Shown here: positions 62,001-64,000 of the stretch, piece after piece
Layout of the letters: the number at the start of each line of letters is the position of its first letter
Numbering within the stretch: the stretch's first letter is position 1
Assembly: GCA_015232575.1 (NCBI GenBank)
Contig: JADFZL010000004.1
Span: 14,381 to 78,380, forward strand
Direction of reading: 5' to 3'
DNA from: Candidatus Rifleibacteriota bacterium
GTDB taxonomy: Bacteria > Muiribacteriota > Ozemobacteria > Ozemobacterales > Ozemobacteraceae
DNA: 64,000 nucleotides
The notes under the pieces: generated by a model
The model's database searches: none
What the model was told of the DNA's origin: nothing
The model's input: only the letters and a program-made list of their open reading frames with translations
Translations under genes and position numbers: made by a program

Positions 62001-63331
62001 CTGAAATTACATCAGATAATAGTTTGGATGTTTCAAAGATTTCCACAAAAAGTGATGAACCTTTATCAGAAAATCTTTTCAAAGACCTGGATGATTATTC
62101 ACCAGCGCCGGAAGTTTCTGAGGAGATAATTCAGAAAATAGAGAGGTATAAGAATATGGGTCAAAACAACAGCTTTTTTGCAGAGCTTTCAAAAATTACT
62201 TCAGAACTTGATAAGAAAGAAGCCGTTGACGACAACGTGAAAGTCTGGGAGAAACCGACTGTCGAGGCTAAAATAGCTCTTTTCGATTTATCTGATCTTA
62301 GTTCTTCTGCTGGATTACCATCTTTGGAAGCCACCGCAGCACCTTCAGCAGTAGTGGATAAGGCTTCGCAAAAACCTGAAGACAGGGAAGATGAAGACAG
62401 TAAATCTCTCAGCTCAATAAAAAAAGATATTAAGACAATTGCACAAGTGCAGGCTGATTCTCAGAGTTCTCAACTGAAACAAGCTTCGGCGCTAGTTTTC
62501 CCTGATCTGAAATTCCCCGAAGATCATGAGGGGCCAACTGTTTTACCTGATGTTTCACGCGAAACTACGAAATCGAAATCATCTGAACTTACCAGAATTA
62601 TTGAAATGAATAAAGCGGTTGAAACTAATAAAGAACCTGTGAAAAATGATTTAAACTCATGCAATTCAGATGTTGCAGCAGATATTTCAGTTCTGGGAGC
62701 ATCTCCGGATTTGGCGAAAGTTGATCTTTTAATTGCAAATTCCAGAGAAGAAGACATTCCTGCGTGGGCAGCCTATTTGAATTCTCCAATTTCACTCAAT
62801 ACTTTGCAATATGTCCTTAGAAAGCTTGGAACAATGAAGTTGCAGAAGCTAACTCCGGTTCTTGTTGGCTTCATTGGACATCCGGTTCAGAGGGTCAAAG
62901 CAAATCTTATTGAGGGAATGGAGTTTAACAGTGATCCATCCGTTATTCCAGTTCTGACAGGTTTTCTGAATGATTCAGACAATAGAATCAGAGCAAATGC
63001 AATAAAAGCCCTGAAAAGCTTTGGCTTTAATTCTATTTTTGAAGAAATCAAAAGTATGGTTGACGACAAGCGTGTCAACATGCGGGATTCTTCTATTTTT
63101 CTTTTAAAAGACATTAAAAATTCAGAATCGACAAAGCTACTTGAAAAATTGCTATATGATGTTGATCCGTTCGTCCGAAAAAATGCAATAAAGGCTATGG
63201 CACAGCAGGGACTTCAGGAGAATATCGAAATATTGAAGAAATATCAGCACATTACCAATGACCAGGAAGAAAAAGAGCTCATTACAAAGGCAGTTGACTA
63301 CATTTCAAAAAGAAATCCGGTAATTGAATAG
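59042..63331 (+). CDS. Large (1429-aa) envelope protein with a signal peptide, TPR-like region, hydrophobic segment, acidic low-complexity region and C-terminal HEAT-like repeats. Paralog of 5325-8018.
   Basis: HEAT-like repeats NDSDNRIRANAIKALKSF and DVDPFVRKNAIKAMAQQG. Hydrophobic segment FIPVLGLIFFYFLGRMIPVFFVWY. An (ET)n run. Confidence 0.7.
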   Translation: MKSDKIFIIFLVISCLFLPDVLKAAKKKDKTKPVSEKKIASDDKKPVLPEKKEPEQPPEKTTEKVPAETVAHEFAPVQKLLDENQEDKAIEKIRIILNPDSSSQTRQIAADILFSRTLRLKELNSSNTDSEINKKILLLLAESRDIEPDSPGRWQKVIEELIIQKANDSLILSEADAFLLKHGDNLIKEPQQVNKKTLEALQKLYNNYGMELQEFQILEILACFPDADKVTISNANFSHEKLLKRRQEFAERIKFLIEYGSLEEAEKLMQSLKRLDPKAPLQKYAIRLEQAKQLKKLLHEAYVSLRSGNISGAISISQSVLKIDPENFTAKEYIRRAEERRGEQKTSGKSGIDRLTMMKRDLNLQLQRAEKTENLSEILKILKELDIEGVSTSEQRLRMGVVESEILGSRLLINERWNEAQKVFKENDWKKLLKILNRNPFLSESPERLAKYWEMKLMCESYQGIKEEHELLESAKKLESIFPKSFWVRFLRLKIAMDKMQYKEAAELYKSAAEIDAANPILSEYKRILWLQEHGWKFIPVLGLIFFYFLGRMIPVFFVWYEEFVWFVMSWLAPRFPKFALNRLEARFGTVRDSEKVKFFEALVTAAFRSGEIQKARRYSDILSESSPGNPVILKEGGQHLLSLAKPDLGQLNQLIDFALSESNNRQTIEKVGKLIIRNKLINAEAVKVLKLYVAAFPEDKDCILFLGEAFGSISPTQVGRDGLELMEKAYRFNGSDELGERIFTVKLACGLIDGSVNFLIEARQSGRRFQALQALEKLETEIDNVISQVKQSLQAMDREKTMDALASVGEMRFLNDRQKSQLFDLLEPVIREEDASIRYKAQKIRDHVREIASKSEGIKEKILNIMIPESIESNPEDSASFVLPDSQLASEKLIPSEASAPGVALIKSESDNSDISGDAKLLSDSQEDFRKEPEQVSEAESETETETETETETETETMQNPEPEPVTLSAGLVFSEDSTAEEKIDSEITSDNSLDVSKISTKSDEPLSENLFKDLDDYSPAPEVSEEIIQKIERYKNMGQNNSFFAELSKITSELDKKEAVDDNVKVWEKPTVEAKIALFDLSDLSSSAGLPSLEATAAPSAVVDKASQKPEDREDEDSKSLSSIKKDIKTIAQVQADSQSSQLKQASALVFPDLKFPEDHEGPTVLPDVSRETTKSKSSELTRIIEMNKAVETNKEPVKNDLNSCNSDVAADISVLGASPDLAKVDLLIANSREEDIPAWAAYLNSPISLNTLQYVLRKLGTMKLQKLTPVLVGFIGHPVQRVKANLIEGMEFNSDPSVIPVLTGFLNDSDNRIRANAIKALKSFGFNSIFEEIKSMVDDKRVNMRDSSIFLLKDIKNSESTKLLEKLLYDVDPFVRKNAIKAMAQQGLQENIEILKKYQHITNDQEEKELITKAVDYISKRNPVIE
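61868..61915 (+). repeat. Hexanucleotide repeat (GAAACA)8 with one GAGACA variant, in frame, encoding (ET)8
   Basis: Read directly from the sequence. Confidence 0.8.
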
Positions 63332-63413
63332 CTCTGTTATTCGGCTTACGAAAATCGCCGGAAGAACTTGTTTGAGGTAGAGTTATGCACGACCCCCTTT
63401 CGAAAAGAGTCTT

Positions 63414-63998
63414 TTACCGATTGAAAACTTTTTCTTTGATGAACTGGTATCTCAGAGGGTTTAATACTCGAAGAATTTCTGGCTCTGATACGAATCTGGC
63501 AACGGATTCTGCCATGTCTTCATAGAGATTGGAGTTTCCGTAGTCGCTTACTGATGGAGGTTCGGGCATCCCTTTTTTCCAGAATAAGTTTTGCCACTCT
63601 GTTTCAAGCTTTTGATGAGCCATGAAATAACAGTGCGCGAACTCGTGTACAAGAGTTTGCTTGAATGTGATAGGGTCTCTCAGTGAAATATTGTAGAGAT
63701 AAATAAAAACGTCCTTGTTTTCTATTCTTCCATCAGACCAGGTAAGAGTTTTAAACTCAGCGCGCCCTCCAACAAGCGGACCCTGGGTTGAACGGCCTTC
63801 TCTAATAAGTAATTCAGGCCATATTGTAAAATATTTCGGAAGAGAAGATAAAACCTGATATGTATATTCAAGCGCTTCCTTTGTCCATTTTGTGCCATCA
63901 ATACCATCAAGAAGTCTTAGATCAAATTCATTTTCTATCTTTGCACGTAATTGTTCCTCTGAATCACACAGAACAGAGTGAAAGCTTGTTTCCTTCAC
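63414..63998 (-). CDS. HExxH zinc-metallopeptidase-like protein, possibly N-terminally truncated by the window edge
   Basis: TLVHEFAHCYFMAH motif. The ORF reaches the window end. Confidence 0.5.
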   Translation of the reverse strand: MKETSFHSVLCDSEEQLRAKIENEFDLRLLDGIDGTKWTKEALEYTYQVLSSLPKYFTIWPELLIREGRSTQGPLVGGRAEFKTLTWSDGRIENKDVFIYLYNISLRDPITFKQTLVHEFAHCYFMAHQKLETEWQNLFWKKGMPEPPSVSDYGNSNLYEDMAESVARFVSEPEILRVLNPLRYQFIKEKVFNR

Positions 63999-64000
63999 AC

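Noticed and set aside
1-64000. Search for tRNA, rRNA, CRISPR arrays, transposases, integrases and phage genes
   Set aside because: No T-loop-like GTTCRANYC motifs turned up in the intergenic spacers, no regularly spaced direct repeats with unique spacers, and no transposase or integrase motifs. The repeats present are intragenic tandem repeats and the AATCT pentamer arrays, not CRISPR.

Overview
This is a 64 kb, roughly 40% GC chromosomal segment from a diderm (Gram-negative) bacterium. It carries a Kdo transferase and many secreted proteins ending in a T9SS-type C-terminal sorting domain (YPNP..IYD..G..V...GVYLYKIEA). That points to an FCB-group or related candidate-phylum lineage, but the species cannot be assigned from the sequence. 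Coding is dense on both strands. I found no rRNA, tRNA, CRISPR, transposase or integrase, so there is nothing to suggest a mobile island.

The window is dominated by cell-envelope, secreted and signalling genes:
- two GAF/HD-GYP c-di-GMP phosphodiesterase-like proteins;
- a hybrid sensor kinase with a periplasmic solute-binding domain;
- a signal-peptide-bearing PepF oligoendopeptidase and several HExxH metalloprotease-like proteins;
- two prepilin-type pseudopilins beside a large membrane-anchored protein;
- waaA (Kdo transferase);
- a HAD hydrolase;
- a pair of paralogous TPR/transmembrane/HEAT-repeat proteins.

The most unusual locus is a compact three-gene operon (9549-14156). Gene 1 is a single 992-aa polypeptide fusing a fatty-acyl-AMP-ligase-like adenylation domain, an acyl-carrier-protein domain and a C-terminal class-I HMG-CoA-reductase-like catalytic domain. 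It is followed by a formyltransferase-family gene and an alpha/beta hydrolase, and the operon closes with a clean bidirectional terminator. I cannot match this architecture to a characterised pathway.

Other loci worth a second look:
- A tandemly duplicated cassette (19.6-24.7 kb). Each copy holds a small secreted protein plus a roughly 500-aa HExxH...E metallopeptidase-like secreted protein. The copies are mosaic: near-identical at the gene junction and at the C-terminal tail, diverged in between.
- A large segmental duplication (42.2-56.8 kb) encoding two giant Ig-repeat T9SS cargo proteins of 1795 and about 2534 aa. Each is translationally coupled to a paralogous TPR lipoprotein. They share a conserved roughly 90-nt leader, and the second gene has internal 594-bp tandem repeats.
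- A family of intergenic repeats built from helically phased AATCT/AGATT pentamers, with 27-bp inverted arms, at three loci.
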